From contig JBNZDD010013730.1 in assembly GCA_050575255.1 (NCBI GenBank), positions 3,733,538-3,797,537 of the forward strand: 64,000 bases of DNA, written 5' to 3'. Each line of letters opens with the position of its first letter. Position 1 is the first letter of the stretch. The notes beneath the pieces were generated by a model. The model was not told the origin of the DNA and did no database searches. It saw only the letters and a program-made list of their open reading frames with translations. The position numbers were made by a program, and so were the translations under genes. Below are positions 62,363 to 64,000 of this stretch, piece after piece. The stretch comes from Harriotta raleighana (lineage: Eukaryota).

Positions 62363-63950
62363 TCTACAGTTGATAATGCACCTTTAAGATAAGGTCGTGA
62401 TTGGTGTCAAGGAAAGACTGTCTAAAGACTTGTAAAAGGGGAGAAAAACAATGTCATCCTTTGAACAATCTAAAGTAAGTTTATATTCTATTATTCCATT
62501 GAAAGAAATGATGGACATTAGTAATTTAGGTATCGCATTGCAAGAGGAATAAAAGCTGTAAACAATTTGGTATTTAGATTGTGCCTTTTATGCAGAAAAG
62601 TGCCTTTGAGCTGTGAAATCTCTAGCAAACTAGTGAATGCAGAGAATCAGTTGAAAAATTAGAGATAGTGTAGTTGGGTGATGAGTGGAGCAGATCATTG
62701 ATGAGATAAAGCGATAAAGTGGGAGAGAACACCCAAGTTGATAAACATGAGTCAGAGGATGAATCATTAATTGAGTAAATACATGAGTGAATAAAGAGGA
62801 AACTATGTGTGAACCTAACTTTCCTGTCTATGATTCACCCAAAGGCCAATTTCTTCCTTTCATGAAATCAAGAGAACAAATGCTTCCAGGTCCATGTCCA
62901 GCGGTAGATGGAGCAATACTGTTGGGGGGTCTGAAAGTGGTCGGGATTCTGTGCGCCTCTCGGCTACGAAATAGCTCAAGTGAAGAGAGGAGTTTGGGGT
63001 TGAGAAATGTGTTCACATATTGTATGTTGAATATAATGATGAAATAGCTCTGCATGTCATGTGCATGCTATATTTGACCATTCATAGAAAGATCGCCACA
63101 ATGAGACAATAATTGTGAATGTAAGGTAAATATTTGCAGAATGATAAAGTATGTAGTGTTTGACTCCCAAGAAACAGATACTTCACAGCACATTAGTGAG
63201 AGCACACTGATAATATTTAACATAGTAAGGAGGAGTTATATATCATACCAGGACTTAGATCATTGAGCTTCAAGGGAGCTATCCACCTCCCCAATTAGGA
63301 GTTTGAAATGTTGAGATTTCAGTAAAAGTTATAAAAGGTGAAAAGAAAATGCTTTTCACACAGATACAGGAGGCATGTTTATATACTTAGAATTTGCAAG
63401 CTTCAGGGCAGATAAAAATTAATTCTCAATGTCCTCTCAGTTGAAACCAGCTCCATCTACCACTGGAAATAATCTAAGCAGGGCAGTGAATCTGCAAAAC
63501 ATTTTTGAGGAACATCCAATGCATCTGATGACTGGAGAATCCATTTGTGAACACCGAAATGTTGATGTTGATTAACTAGGAAGACAATGTGTTATTTTTG
63601 AGAATCACTGTAGTGAAACTATGTTGTAGTGAATTTCACACATCATTTGTGTACAATACACTGCTTAGGTTTACACACCCATTCAGGTTTAAAATGAAGC
63701 AAATGTATTTACTTACTTATCTATCATGGGTGATCAACTGTAACCCTTTAGACATGTAACAGAGTGCTCGCTCCATTCTGAAATAGGTGGACATCTGGAG
63801 CTCTGTTTTTTTTATAAGAAGCAAGACATCTAATAACTCAGAAAACTAATGAACTAGGCTATCACATACTGTCATCTAAAAACCTTCATAATTGGTAATA
63901 TATATTACTAATCATGCTTGTATGTATGTATATATATATATATATATTAT

Positions 63951-64000
63951 AGGAAGCCCTTAGCTTAGTGGTTAGAGCACTCGCTTTGCAACGAGCAAAA
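63951..64000 (+). mobile_element. SINE head running off the window
   Basis: tagcttagtggttagagcactcgctttgcaa. Confidence 0.65.

Overview
Eukaryotic (vertebrate) genomic DNA, AT-rich, with spliced genes. The tRNA-derived Deu-type SINEs, L2 tails, Penelope-type remnant and compact introns suggest a cartilaginous fish (inference). All genes are on the minus strand. In transcription order: (1) LRRC8D, single coding exon 46116-48644, 842 aa, with its upstream intron filling 48.6-64 kb; (2) a CpG-island promoter (~41.9-42.5 kb) followed by a 1.78-kb uninterrupted ORF made of 33-bp/21-bp repeats encoding GQGRMGPGVGL/GQQGMGL; (3) an intact but divergent extra LRRC8 (VRAC subunit) paralogue, two coding exons, 819 aa, with His-Glu at the pore-constriction position and a mosaic of A-like and C-like features; (4) ZNF326, 12 coding exons reconstructed by hand, 556 aa, with a CpG-island promoter at ~29.2-30.6 kb. 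1-12 kb is intergenic with candidate conserved non-coding elements and a near-perfect 33-bp hairpin. Repeats include many SINEs, L2 3' ends, four Tigger/pogo-type elements (two forming an inverted pair), a decayed mariner, a probable solo LTR and a degenerate hammerhead-like Penelope remnant. Several single-N-joined duplications are assembly artefacts. Comparisons to human proteins and repeat families are from memory and were not run as searches. The most interesting items are the extra LRRC8 gene and the repeat ORF under the promoter upstream of it.
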